Shown one piece after another: positions 27,814 through 37,862 of a stretch of 64,000 nt of DNA. Below the pieces are notes generated by a model. That model did no database searches and had not been told where the DNA came from. It worked only from the letters and a program-made list of their open reading frames with translations. The position numbers were made by a program, and so were the translations under genes. Source of the stretch: Candidatus Daviesbacteria bacterium (lineage in GTDB: Bacteria; Patescibacteriota; Microgenomatia; Daviesbacterales; UBA10151); contig JACPEY010000011.1 in assembly GCA_016183245.1 (NCBI GenBank), positions 5,568-69,567 on the forward strand, in the 5' to 3' direction. The first letter of the stretch is position 1. Each line of letters opens with the position of its first letter.

Positions 27814-30800
27814 ATGGCTGACAACACCTTTGAATATGACTTAACTTTGCCGCTGCCTCCAGAGGTAAAGGATAAGGATGTTGAGGTAAAAGCTGCTGAA
27901 ACAGAAGCAGAATTGCCTTCTGCACCTAAATTAGATGAGCCAAAAGAAAAGTTAGCAGAAACGATTACTATTAAAGGGTTAAATCACTTTACAGTTTTTG
28001 TGATAACTTTGCCCAGTCCGGATACTGCACAAAGGGTATTAATTAATGAAATATTACCAAACCCGACAGCCGGGGCAGAATGGGTAGAGCTGTTTAATAA
28101 TGGAACACAACCTGTTAATTTAGCAGCCGGGACTGGCTGGACTATAAGAAATTCAGCCTCTGATGCTCAATCTTTGAGTGCTTTGGGGACTATTCCGGCA
28201 GCAGGCAGGGTTGTATTTGAAGCCCCTGCAAACTGGTTAAGCAATGTTGCCCCAGAGACTGTTACTTTATCAAACGAGTTGGGTACAGCAGTTGATACAG
28301 TAACCATATCTTTAGTTGCGCCCGGATTTGCAATTGATCACTATCCTCTGGCAGGCGAGTCAGTCGGCAGAAAGACAGATGGCGTGGCAGAATGGGTAAT
28401 CTTTACAGCTCCGACAAAAGGGACAGCTAATTTACTACCGGCAACCGGCGGTGCGGGAAAATTGGCTGAAGTTGGACCAATTGCCCCAGCAGGTGGATTA
28501 AGAGCAGGATTCCCGGTTTGGTATAAAGATTCCAATGGTTTGGCTCTTGATTTGATGGAAGCGGCAGATCCGAGGGGGATTTCTGATCCTGTTGACCCTG
28601 GTAATCCATTTTCTGCTCAAATAGGATTTAATGCTGAAGGATTTTGGTGGTCTGCCGAAGCAGATATGTCAACCTCAGGACCAAATGGTGCTCTCCTAGT
28701 TCAGGCTATAGAAGCTGCATTTGCCGGAGAAGCTGCAGTAGATGGTGAGCAATCAGCCTTTGCCAGAGCCAGAATCAGGATTGATGTTGCCGAACCTGGA
28801 ACTTATACTGTAACTTATCCTTATGGCACAAAAACTTACACTGTAGCTTTGGCTGATATCGGCCCGGGATACGAGATTAATGATACTGCCGATATTGGTT
28901 GTTTTGCCATTCCGGGAGTACTAAATTGTGCCAGTGCGACCCAGCCTAATTTCTCAACGGTGCTAAATGGAGGAATCGGACCATTCTTAACCTGGGATAC
29001 CTTCAATACAAATCCGGCTCTTTCGGATCCGCTTTTGACTGATCCAATTACCGGAAGAAGATATGTAGGTAGTGTTTTAGGCGGGCCTCATGTAGTCAAA
29101 GGTTCTCCAACAGGTAATAATTTCTTTAGAATTGCCGGGCCAAATATCGGAGGACCAGGAGTAAATGTAGTAGAAACAAACCTATTTACTGTTACCGGAA
29201 GATTGGCAGATGCTACAGGTCCTGTTATAACCCTGCATGGGGCAAACCCAGTCAACGTCAATCAGAATGCTGTTTATACAGATGCAGGAGCCACAGCCTT
29301 GGACGACCAGGACGGAAATATAACTGCTAACATTCAAGTAACCGGTCTTCCTGTAGACACTTCAACTTTGGGATCTAAAACTGTGACCTACACCGTTACT
29401 GATAGTGCAGGCCATACTACAACAGCAACTAGAACTGTTAATGTAGTAGCTGTTGGAGGTATAGATATTACGGCTCCTGTTATTACGGTGACTGGTGCTA
29501 ATCCAGCAACAGTTACTGCCGGAACTCCGTATAACGATGCCGGGGCAACAGCATTAGATAATGTAGACGGAGATATTACAGCCAATATTGTGACCACCGG
29601 TCTACCAATAAATACTTCTGCACCCGGTTCATTTGCTGTAACTTATACTGTCTCTGATGCAGCCGGAAATCCTGCTACAGCCGCAAGGACTGTAAATGTG
29701 GTAGCAGATATTATTCCGCCGGTAATTACTGTGCTTGGATCAAATCCGGTAAACGTGCTTGTTGGTGCGGCATATACTGATGCCGGCGCTACAGCAGTAG
29801 ATAATGTTGATGGAAATGTAACAGTAAATATCACAACTACCGGCTTACCTATTAATACTGCTGCAGCCGGTTCATTTGCTGTAACTTATAATGTTACTGA
29901 TGCTGCAGGCAATACTGCTACAGCTACCAGAACTGTAAATGTAGCTGCAACTCTTCCTGCAGGACTTGTTGAAGTCGGACCCGTAGCCCCAGCAGGTGGA
30001 TTAAGAGCAGGATTCCCGGTTTGGTATAAAGATTCTAATGGTTTGGCTTTGGAATTAATGGAGGCAGCAGATCCAAATGGTATTTCTGCTGCTGTTGACC
30101 CTGGTAATCCATTTTCAGCTCAAATTGGTTTTGGTGCTGAAGGCTTTTGGTGGTCAGCCGATGCCAGTATATCTACTTCGGGGCCAAATGGTGCAATTTT
30201 AGTACAAGCTGTTGAAGCTGCATTTGCCGGAGAAGCTGCAGTAGATGGTGAGCAATCAGCCTTTGCCAGAGTCAGAATCAGGATTGATGTTGCCGAACCA
30301 GGATCTTATACTGTAACTTTCCCCTATGGTACAAAAACATATGTGGTAGATGCTGTAGGTGCAGGGTTTGAAATTAATGACACCTCAGATATTGGCTGTT
30401 TTGCCCAAATAGGAGTTGCCAGTTGTAATCAGGCCACACCTCCTAATTTCTCTACTGTACTTGCAGGTCAAATCGGACCATTCTTGACCTGGGATACCTT
30501 CAATACAAATCCGGCTCTTTCGGATCCTATCCTGACCAATATTGCAACCGGGAGAAGATATGTAGGTATTCCGGTGCCTCATGCAGTCAAAGGTTCTCCA
30601 ACAGGTAATAATTTCTTTAGAATTGCCGGGCCAAATATCGGAGGACCAGGAGTAAATGTAGTAGAGACTAATCTGTTTGATGTTACCGGACGCATAGCTG
30701 ATGTAACTCCTCCGGTTATCACTCTAAATGGTGCCAACCCGGATACTGTTGTACAAAATGCAGTATATGTGGACCCGGGATCCATAGCTTTGGATGACTT

Positions 30801-33606
30801 TGATGGAAATGTAACAGGTAGTATTGTAACTACAGGTGTGCCTGTTGATACATCTATAGTAGGCGCAAAAACTGTTACTTATACAGTTACTGATATAGCT
30901 GGTAATACAGCCGTTGCAACTAGAACAGTCAATGTAACCGGAGTAGATAACACTGCACCTGTCATTACCTTACTAGGTACTAGCCCTGTGGATGTCACAG
31001 TTGGCACGGCTTATGTTGATGCCGGTGCTACTGCTTTAGATAATGTAGATGGTGATCTAACAGCCAGTATAGTAACTGTTAATCCTGTAAACAGCAATGT
31101 TATTGGTACCTATACAGTTACTTACAACGTCTCAGATGCTGCCGGAAACCCTGCAATAGAAGTTACCAGGACGGTTAACGTAGTGGCTACGACTGATGTT
31201 ACTCCCCCAGTTTTCAGTGCTATTTCTGCAAGTTCTAATAATGCCAATCCGGCTTTGGGCAAAAGCGGTGATGTTGTGACTGTTTCTTTTGTCACCAGCG
31301 AGCCATTATCTGCCAATCCGACAGTGACTATTGGTGGTGGAGCAATGACTTTTGTCTCTCTGGCTGGTTCAACATACACATTTAACCGCACTCTGGATGG
31401 TACAGAGATTGAAAGCGGACAAATTTCCATCACCGGTTCTGATGCAGCCGGTAATCCAGGTGCCAATAATACTGCTACTTTTGCCTTGGACTTTGCACTT
31501 CCAACAGGATCGATTGCTATAAACGGTGGCGCCCTTTATACGACCACGACTGCAGTTATTTTAAATTTTTCCGGAGTTTCAGCTGATGTGACTCAAATTC
31601 AACTTCGAAACGGCACAGTTGGAGCTTTTCAGACAGCAATTCCTTTTGAAAATCCCCACGCTTATGTTTTACCTAATACCCAAGGGGTAAGAGTTGTATC
31701 TGTCCGTTTTATTGACGCAGCCGGAAATCAAAGTACCGGAGTAATTTCAGATGATATTACTTTTGATAATGTTGCCCCGACTGATCCATTGGACGTAGTT
31801 TCTACCAGCCACACTGCTAATGTATCTACGGACAATACTATTGATATGGCCTGGTCTGCGGCTGGTGCTCCTCTAGGAGCAAATGACTTGGTTAGCGGAG
31901 TAGCCGGCTATTCTTATTCTTTCACTCAAGGGGCAACTGATTTGCCTGATACTACAGTGGATTTGCCTTCAACTGCCTTGGGTGTAACCAGTGAAGCTCT
32001 AACAAATGGTACTTGGTTTTTCCACCTTAGAACTCTGGATAATGCCGGAAGTTGGACTTCAACTGTTCATGTTGGGCCATTTAATATTGATGTTGTGGTT
32101 CCGACTACAGGTACAATTTCCGGTTTGGTATTTCAGGATACAAACGCTAACCGCACCAAAGATGCGGGTGAACCGGTTCTGCCCGGATGGACGCTGTATC
32201 TGGATGCAAATAACAACAGGGTGCTGGATGCAGGGGAGGTATTAATTGTAAGCGATGCCGCAGGTAATTATCAGTTTGCAGGACTGCTTCCAGGAACTTA
32301 TAATATTAATGAAGTTAAACAGCCAAACTGGGGTATCAGGTTACCGGGAGACAATGGTTATACACAAATATTGGCTGCAGGGGATAATATCACAGGTAAG
32401 GATTTTGGGAATATAGTTACCCGGTCGGTTAGCGGCCAGGGCCAGGGAGGATTTGCAACAACTACCGGAACAACTCTGACGCCATCGGTTGTGTCAGTTG
32501 GCGACTCTGTCATTGATGTCCCTTCAAACGGGGGTACAAGCAAAGTGACAGTCCCTGCTGATACTATAATTACCGAAAGCACCGGCGCAGTTTTTGATTC
32601 GGCAGCTTTGGCAGCCTCTGACCCGGCTGGTGCGGTGATATCAGGGTTGGGAACAGGTGTTGTAGTTCGGGGAAAACTGCAATGGGGAGTTCCCAACTTA
32701 GGGTTAGTATTCTCAAACCCGATTAATTTGGAAATCTTTGTCGGTACAGATCTTAATGGGCAGGTACTTGATATACTGCGCTCAGTTGAAGGTACAACCA
32801 ACTGGACAAGTGACGGAATTGTGCCTCCGGGCAAATGCACGGTTGCAAACGGCATATGTGCGTTTCAGGCTACAAAAGCTTCATATTATATTGCAGCTCA
32901 AACTGTCAGTCCAACCCCGACACCTACTCCGACTCCTGCATCTGCTACTACCAGCGGTGGTGGAGATAGCGGAAGCGGTGGGGGAAGCGCCAGTGCTCCG
33001 TCTTGCAATGATCCTGTTGCAGGAGGCGCACCGACTTTACTCTCGGCAACTGTATCAGGAGACAATCAAGTTACCTTAACCTGGAGCAAAGCTGCTGATC
33101 CTGTAACACACTATGTAGTAGCTTACGGGTTATCAGCAGGCAACCCGCAATTTGGAAATCCAAATGTTGGCGGGAAAGAGACAACTTCTTATACAGTAAA
33201 AGATCTTTCAGGCGGTACAACTTATTTCTTCAGAGTCAGGGCAGGAAACGGTTGTAATGCCGGTCCTTACTCAAACGAAATATCAGCAACTCCCGGCGGA
33301 AGACAGACAACAGGTCCTGCAGCTGGTTTCCAGGCTGGAGTGTTAGGTGCTTCGACCTCGCTGGGAGAAGGCACGGGTGGTGCTGATCCTAATAACCCAG
33401 ACGCTCCTGATGCAGGCAAGGGTGAAGATGCAGTTACGGAAGGGATTTCTGATATCCTGGGTGCAGATCAGAAAGTAAGCGATAAACCTAACCAGTCATT
33501 TGGAGGTTTCTTGAATACTCAAAGGGCTATTATCGGGGTGTTGCTGCTATTCGTCGCACTCTTTGCTGCTAATGCTTATCGTCTAAGGGCCCGTCGCCGC
33601 AGTTAA
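27814..33606 (+). CDS. Giant surface/adhesin-like protein (lamin-tail domain, duplicated ~245-aa domain, DUF5011 Ig-like repeats, SdrD-B-like, FN3, C-terminal TM anchor)
   Basis: INEILPNP..EWVEL.N; five PVIT..G.NP...Y.DAGATA.D..DG repeats; ISGLVFQDTNAN; TTYFFRVRAGN; TM plus basic tail. Confidence 0.88.
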   Translation: MADNTFEYDLTLPLPPEVKDKDVEVKAAETEAELPSAPKLDEPKEKLAETITIKGLNHFTVFVITLPSPDTAQRVLINEILPNPTAGAEWVELFNNGTQPVNLAAGTGWTIRNSASDAQSLSALGTIPAAGRVVFEAPANWLSNVAPETVTLSNELGTAVDTVTISLVAPGFAIDHYPLAGESVGRKTDGVAEWVIFTAPTKGTANLLPATGGAGKLAEVGPIAPAGGLRAGFPVWYKDSNGLALDLMEAADPRGISDPVDPGNPFSAQIGFNAEGFWWSAEADMSTSGPNGALLVQAIEAAFAGEAAVDGEQSAFARARIRIDVAEPGTYTVTYPYGTKTYTVALADIGPGYEINDTADIGCFAIPGVLNCASATQPNFSTVLNGGIGPFLTWDTFNTNPALSDPLLTDPITGRRYVGSVLGGPHVVKGSPTGNNFFRIAGPNIGGPGVNVVETNLFTVTGRLADATGPVITLHGANPVNVNQNAVYTDAGATALDDQDGNITANIQVTGLPVDTSTLGSKTVTYTVTDSAGHTTTATRTVNVVAVGGIDITAPVITVTGANPATVTAGTPYNDAGATALDNVDGDITANIVTTGLPINTSAPGSFAVTYTVSDAAGNPATAARTVNVVADIIPPVITVLGSNPVNVLVGAAYTDAGATAVDNVDGNVTVNITTTGLPINTAAAGSFAVTYNVTDAAGNTATATRTVNVAATLPAGLVEVGPVAPAGGLRAGFPVWYKDSNGLALELMEAADPNGISAAVDPGNPFSAQIGFGAEGFWWSADASISTSGPNGAILVQAVEAAFAGEAAVDGEQSAFARVRIRIDVAEPGSYTVTFPYGTKTYVVDAVGAGFEINDTSDIGCFAQIGVASCNQATPPNFSTVLAGQIGPFLTWDTFNTNPALSDPILTNIATGRRYVGIPVPHAVKGSPTGNNFFRIAGPNIGGPGVNVVETNLFDVTGRIADVTPPVITLNGANPDTVVQNAVYVDPGSIALDDFDGNVTGSIVTTGVPVDTSIVGAKTVTYTVTDIAGNTAVATRTVNVTGVDNTAPVITLLGTSPVDVTVGTAYVDAGATALDNVDGDLTASIVTVNPVNSNVIGTYTVTYNVSDAAGNPAIEVTRTVNVVATTDVTPPVFSAISASSNNANPALGKSGDVVTVSFVTSEPLSANPTVTIGGGAMTFVSLAGSTYTFNRTLDGTEIESGQISITGSDAAGNPGANNTATFALDFALPTGSIAINGGALYTTTTAVILNFSGVSADVTQIQLRNGTVGAFQTAIPFENPHAYVLPNTQGVRVVSVRFIDAAGNQSTGVISDDITFDNVAPTDPLDVVSTSHTANVSTDNTIDMAWSAAGAPLGANDLVSGVAGYSYSFTQGATDLPDTTVDLPSTALGVTSEALTNGTWFFHLRTLDNAGSWTSTVHVGPFNIDVVVPTTGTISGLVFQDTNANRTKDAGEPVLPGWTLYLDANNNRVLDAGEVLIVSDAAGNYQFAGLLPGTYNINEVKQPNWGIRLPGDNGYTQILAAGDNITGKDFGNIVTRSVSGQGQGGFATTTGTTLTPSVVSVGDSVIDVPSNGGTSKVTVPADTIITESTGAVFDSAALAASDPAGAVISGLGTGVVVRGKLQWGVPNLGLVFSNPINLEIFVGTDLNGQVLDILRSVEGTTNWTSDGIVPPGKCTVANGICAFQATKASYYIAAQTVSPTPTPTPTPASATTSGGGDSGSGGGSASAPSCNDPVAGGAPTLLSATVSGDNQVTLTWSKAADPVTHYVVAYGLSAGNPQFGNPNVGGKETTSYTVKDLSGGTTYFFRVRAGNGCNAGPYSNEISATPGGRQTTGPAAGFQAGVLGASTSLGEGTGGADPNNPDAPDAGKGEDAVTEGISDILGADQKVSDKPNQSFGGFLNTQRAIIGVLLLFVALFAANAYRLRARRRS
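28468..30702 (+). repeat. Intragenic duplication of about 740 bp (28468-29211 and 29971-30702)
   Basis: Both copies encode EVGP.APAGGLRAGFPVWYKDSNG...VTGR.AD and share long identical DNA blocks. Confidence 0.9.
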
Positions 33607-33656
33607 TCTGCAAAAGGGGTTGACAATAGGAGGGTAAGTTGTAATAATGCATAAGA

Positions 33657-34427
33657 ATGAGTAAAACCAGATTAAAGATTCTTACGGCTGGATTTTTATT
33701 TATTGCATCAATTGTTTTTAGCATTTTTCTTTCTTCTACTGCCTTAGCTAATCATTCCTGGGGAGGTTACCATTGGGCCAGGACTGCAAATCCCTTTACT
33801 GTAAAACTAGGCAATAATGTTTCTTCTGTTTGGAATCCAATTCTTAGTACAACCTTCAATGATTGGAGTCAATCTACAGTTTTGGATACAACCATTGTCA
33901 ACGGTGGAACCAAAGCCCGCAATTGTCGGCCAACTCTAGGCCGTGTGGAAGTTTGCAATGCTAAGTATGGAAACAACGGCTGGTTGGGTATAGCCCAAAT
34001 TTGGGCCAGCGGGCTGCATATTGTGCAGGGAATCACCAAAGTCAATGATACTTATTTTAACACCGCGACTTATAACACGACTGCCTGGCGTAACCTGGTC
34101 ATGTGTCAGGAGGTAGGCCATACTTTGGGACTGGATCATCAGGATGAGAATTTTAATAATTCAAATATGGGCACCTGTATGGACTATACCAATAATCCTG
34201 ATTCAAACCAACATCCTAATCAACATGATTACGATGAGTTGGAGCTAATTTATTCTCATCTTGACTTAACTAACACCATCAGTCAAACACTTTTCCCGGT
34301 TCAAGGCAACCTTGATAACCCGACGGAGTGGGGGAAATTAGTTAAAAAACAGGGTCGTGTAGCAGTATTTGAAAGGAATTTTGGTTTGGGGAATAAATTG
34401 TTCACCTTCGTAATCTACGCCGACTAA
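33657..34427 (+). CDS. Secreted metzincin-like metallopeptidase
   Basis: Signal peptide; CQEVGHTLGLDH followed by a TCMDY Met-turn. Confidence 0.75.
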   Translation: MSKTRLKILTAGFLFIASIVFSIFLSSTALANHSWGGYHWARTANPFTVKLGNNVSSVWNPILSTTFNDWSQSTVLDTTIVNGGTKARNCRPTLGRVEVCNAKYGNNGWLGIAQIWASGLHIVQGITKVNDTYFNTATYNTTAWRNLVMCQEVGHTLGLDHQDENFNNSNMGTCMDYTNNPDSNQHPNQHDYDELELIYSHLDLTNTISQTLFPVQGNLDNPTEWGKLVKKQGRVAVFERNFGLGNKLFTFVIYAD

Positions 34428-34514
34428 TCTTCGTCGACTTTCGGTTTACTCAGTTAATTTAGATATAAACTTTAACTTTCGTCTTTTGTTTGGAAAAGTG
34501 ATAAAATATGATTC

Positions 34515-36548
34515 ATGGCAAAATTTCAAATTGTTTCAGATTTCAAACCTACTGGGGACCAACCACAAGCCATTGAGAAGCTGGTTAACGGGATAAATAA
34601 AGGCAGACAGCACCAGGTTTTGCTTGGAGTAACAGGTAGTGGTAAGACTTTTACTATGGCTAATGTTATCCAGAAAGTGCAAAGGCCGACCCTGGTTATT
34701 TCCCATAATAAAACTTTAGCAGGACAACTGGCTCAGGAGTTTAGGTCTCTGTTTCCAAATAACGCTGTTGAGTATTTTGTTTCTTATTATGATTATTACC
34801 AGCCAGAAGCGTATATTCCCCAATCAGATACTTATATTGAAAAGGAAACCCAGATTAATGAGGAAATAGAAAAGTTAAGGCTGTCTGCAACTGCATCACT
34901 GCTTAGCAGAAAAGATGTGATAGTAGTAGCCTCAGTTTCTGCAATCTATAACTTAGGTTCTCCAATAGAGTATGGCCAGGCAATACTGGAAATCGGCCCG
35001 GGCATGAAAGCCGGTATGCAGCAGGTGATGAAGATTTTGCAGAAGATGTTTTATAAGCGCAATGATATTGATTTTAAAAGGGGGACATACCGGGTCAGGG
35101 GTGATACGGTTGATATTTTTCCTTCATATAAAGATCAAGGTTACAGGTTACAATTTTTAGGGGACAGACTGGAGAGTGTAAGCGAGTTGGAGGTTGTGAC
35201 AGGTAATGTTTTAAAAATGCAGGGAACGCAGACTATTTATCCTGCCAAGCATTACATTACTTCGGAACAAAGGATTGTGCCGGGAATTAAACAAATAGAA
35301 ATCGATTTAGAATCTAGAGTCAAGAGTCTAGAGTCAAGTGGAAAATTGATAGAAGTGCAGAGATTAGACCAAAGGACAAATTATGATTTGGAGATGATCC
35401 GGCAATTCGGGTACTGCAACGGAATTGAAAATTACTCCCGCTATTTTGACGGCCGGAACCCCGGGGACCCTCCATATACTTTGCTTCATTACTTTCCTCA
35501 AGACTTTTTGCTCGTTATTGATGAATCCCATATGACTATCCCTCAAATTCGGGGGATGTATAACGGGGACCGGTCAAGGAAGGAAACTTTAATAGATTTT
35601 GGGTTCAGGCTGCCTTCGGCTTTGGATAACAGGCCCTTAAAGTTTGATGAGTTTATGAGGATGATTAACCAGGCAGTTTATGTTTCAGCCACTCCGGATG
35701 AGTATGAATTATCCCTAGCGAATTCATCCCACCTGGGGGGTGGTCTAGATAGGACACCTAGGGGTACTGATGGGTTGTATAGCCATGATGGGATAGCGGA
35801 ACAATTGGTCAGGCCAACTGGGATTTTGGATCCGGAGGTTTCTGTAAGACCGATTAAAGGTCAAATTGAAGATTTATTAAGAGAAATAGAGACTAGAGTC
35901 AAGAGTCAGGAAAGGGTATTGATAACAACTTTAACCAAAAGAACAGCTGAAGATTTGGCAGATTATTTAAAGGAAAAAGGCATTAAGGTGCACTATCTGC
36001 ACTCTGATGTTAAAACTTTAGAAAGAGGGGATATTTTACAGGCTTTGAGGTTGGGGGAATATGATGTGATTGTGGGAATTAATTTACTTCGGGAAGGTCT
36101 GGATTTGCCGGAAGTTTCACTGGTGGCAATTTTAGATGCTGATAAGGAAGGGTTTTTAAGGTCCAGGACTTCTTTGATACAGACCATGGGCAGGGCTGCC
36201 AGGCATGTTAGAGGGCAGGTAATTATGTATGCCGACATTGTCACCAAATCCATGAAAGCAGCCATAGATGAGGTAAAAAGAAGGAGGAAATATCAGGCAG
36301 ATTACAATAAAAAACATAATATTACGCCGAGAAGCATAGAAAAAGCTTTACGGGAAAGGTTGATAGAGAAAGTAGAGGAGCTGGAAGAATCTTTGGGTAA
36401 AACAGATTTAACTGTTGATGATATTCCGGTAGAGGATCGGAAAAAAATGATTAAAAACCTGGAAGCCCAGATGAAACAGGCAGCAGAACTTTTAGACTTT
36501 GAAGAAGCTGCCAAAATTCGGGATCAGATTAAGGAGTTAAGTATTTAG
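34515..36548 (+). CDS. uvrB: Excinuclease ABC subunit B
   Basis: GVTGSGKT, YYDYYQPEAY, DESH, GINLLREGLD, C-terminal UVR domain. Confidence 0.98.
   Translation: MAKFQIVSDFKPTGDQPQAIEKLVNGINKGRQHQVLLGVTGSGKTFTMANVIQKVQRPTLVISHNKTLAGQLAQEFRSLFPNNAVEYFVSYYDYYQPEAYIPQSDTYIEKETQINEEIEKLRLSATASLLSRKDVIVVASVSAIYNLGSPIEYGQAILEIGPGMKAGMQQVMKILQKMFYKRNDIDFKRGTYRVRGDTVDIFPSYKDQGYRLQFLGDRLESVSELEVVTGNVLKMQGTQTIYPAKHYITSEQRIVPGIKQIEIDLESRVKSLESSGKLIEVQRLDQRTNYDLEMIRQFGYCNGIENYSRYFDGRNPGDPPYTLLHYFPQDFLLVIDESHMTIPQIRGMYNGDRSRKETLIDFGFRLPSALDNRPLKFDEFMRMINQAVYVSATPDEYELSLANSSHLGGGLDRTPRGTDGLYSHDGIAEQLVRPTGILDPEVSVRPIKGQIEDLLREIETRVKSQERVLITTLTKRTAEDLADYLKEKGIKVHYLHSDVKTLERGDILQALRLGEYDVIVGINLLREGLDLPEVSLVAILDADKEGFLRSRTSLIQTMGRAARHVRGQVIMYADIVTKSMKAAIDEVKRRRKYQADYNKKHNITPRSIEKALRERLIEKVEELEESLGKTDLTVDDIPVEDRKKMIKNLEAQMKQAAELLDFEEAAKIRDQIKELSI
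35729..35763 (+). repeat. Family A 35-bp element inside uvrB
   Basis: CCACCTGGGGGGTGGTCTAGATAGGACACCTAGGG encodes HLGGGLDRTPR. Confidence 0.92.
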
Positions 36549-36562
36549 ACTGTAAACTAAGA

Positions 36563-37507
36563 TTATTTCTTAACTGTAAAACTATTATCTGAGTCGTCTT
36601 CAAAAGTTCGGCCTTGACTATCAGTACAGGTAATAGAAATTTTCATTTTATCCTCAGAGAGGGCAGCGTCAATTCTGGTTGTCCAGAAGATAGATTTCCA
36701 GCTTGCGTATGCTACCTCGTTACTGATTTTATTTATACTATTACTGGAATCCTTAGCATAAACAGAACAATTACCAGGAGAATTTGTATCCCACTTGATG
36801 TTTATGCCTGAGCCAGCTATAAAAGTTTCTCCTCCATTTGGATAAATGATTTTAATAAAGGGCGTGCCGCTGATTGATGTAACTATTTTAGTATCACCTG
36901 TTCCTTTTATAGGATTATAAACGGCGATTTTTATGGGAAATTTTTTCTGGACTCCTCTGGAATTTTGGATAATTCCGGTTCCGCTGTATTCTTTTGAGTA
37001 AACTTCTGAATTTACTTTAACGCTAATCTCTTGACTGCCGCCTTTGGCAAGGTTGCCTCCAGTTGTGGACCACTCAATTCCAGCAGCTGACTCAATAGGA
37101 TTACCTACTAAAATGTAGCTTTCATCTCGAGTAGCTTGGATAGTAAATACCTTCATTGATCTATCTGCTTCAACTAAAATGTCTACCCCATCAGTGCCAT
37201 TTGGATTGCTGATAAAATCCAGCTTAAAACCTAAATCATCTGAGGCAGACGGTCTGGATGTTGGACTTAATTGAGGAGTGGGGTTTGTTTTTAAACTAAT
37301 AGATTGTTTGGGTCGCGGACTGATACTTGGTGAGGGTTGGGACGTTTGTTGGGCGCTTTCTTGTGTTTTAGTAGTAGGTTGCGAAGCTGGTTGATACTGC
37401 TTAGATTGTTGCTGGTAAATTAAATATCCGGTTAAGCTGGCTGCAATTAAGAGTATAATAAATATTGGAGCTATGCCTTTGTTATTCATTAAATTGAGTA
37501 TACTCAA
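36563..37507 (-). CDS. Membrane-anchored protein with pilin-like N-terminus and Ig-like domains
   Basis: KGIAPIFIILLI, Ser/Pro/Thr linker, YPNGGE.F...I.W...D.SD..F domain. Confidence 0.7.
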   Translation of the reverse strand: MSILNLMNNKGIAPIFIILLIAASLTGYLIYQQQSKQYQPASQPTTKTQESAQQTSQPSPSISPRPKQSISLKTNPTPQLSPTSRPSASDDLGFKLDFISNPNGTDGVDILVEADRSMKVFTIQATRDESYILVGNPIESAAGIEWSTTGGNLAKGGSQEISVKVNSEVYSKEYSGTGIIQNSRGVQKKFPIKIAVYNPIKGTGDTKIVTSISGTPFIKIIYPNGGETFIAGSGINIKWDTNSPGNCSVYAKDSSNSINKISNEVAYASWKSIFWTTRIDAALSEDKMKISITCTDSQGRTFEDDSDNSFTVKK

Positions 37508-37536
37508 TTATTGTATAGAGATACAAGGAGTTAAGT

Positions 37537-37767
37537 ATGAATATAAATGTTACTGATCAGGATCTATTGAATTGGGGGTTGGTATTAATTTCAGTGTCAC
37601 TGGCGATGGGTTTAGGGGCATCGGCATTTGTGAGCATCTCAGATAAGAAATTAACACTAAATTCTTGGTTGGCTAAACTGATTCTGCTGTTATTAACAGC
37701 GATAGTAGTTTCGGTAGCTGGGATCCTAATCTTTTGGATTTATTCATTAATTAAGTTTGGATTTTGA
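37537..37767 (+). CDS. Small two-TM membrane protein
   Basis: AAGGAG RBS and two hydrophobic segments. Confidence 0.6.
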   Translation: MNINVTDQDLLNWGLVLISVSLAMGLGASAFVSISDKKLTLNSWLAKLILLLLTAIVVSVAGILIFWIYSLIKFGF

Positions 37768-37862
37768 AGAAGTAGCAAGACTAATATCATAAAAGAACTA
37801 ATCTTCCACCTGGGGGGTGGGCTAGGTAGGACACCTAGGGAAATTAGATAATTTCAAGTTTA

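Noticed and set aside
28468-30702. Diversity-generating retroelement TR/VR pair
   Set aside because: Differences are not adenine-specific, both copies are coding, and no reverse transcriptase is in the window.
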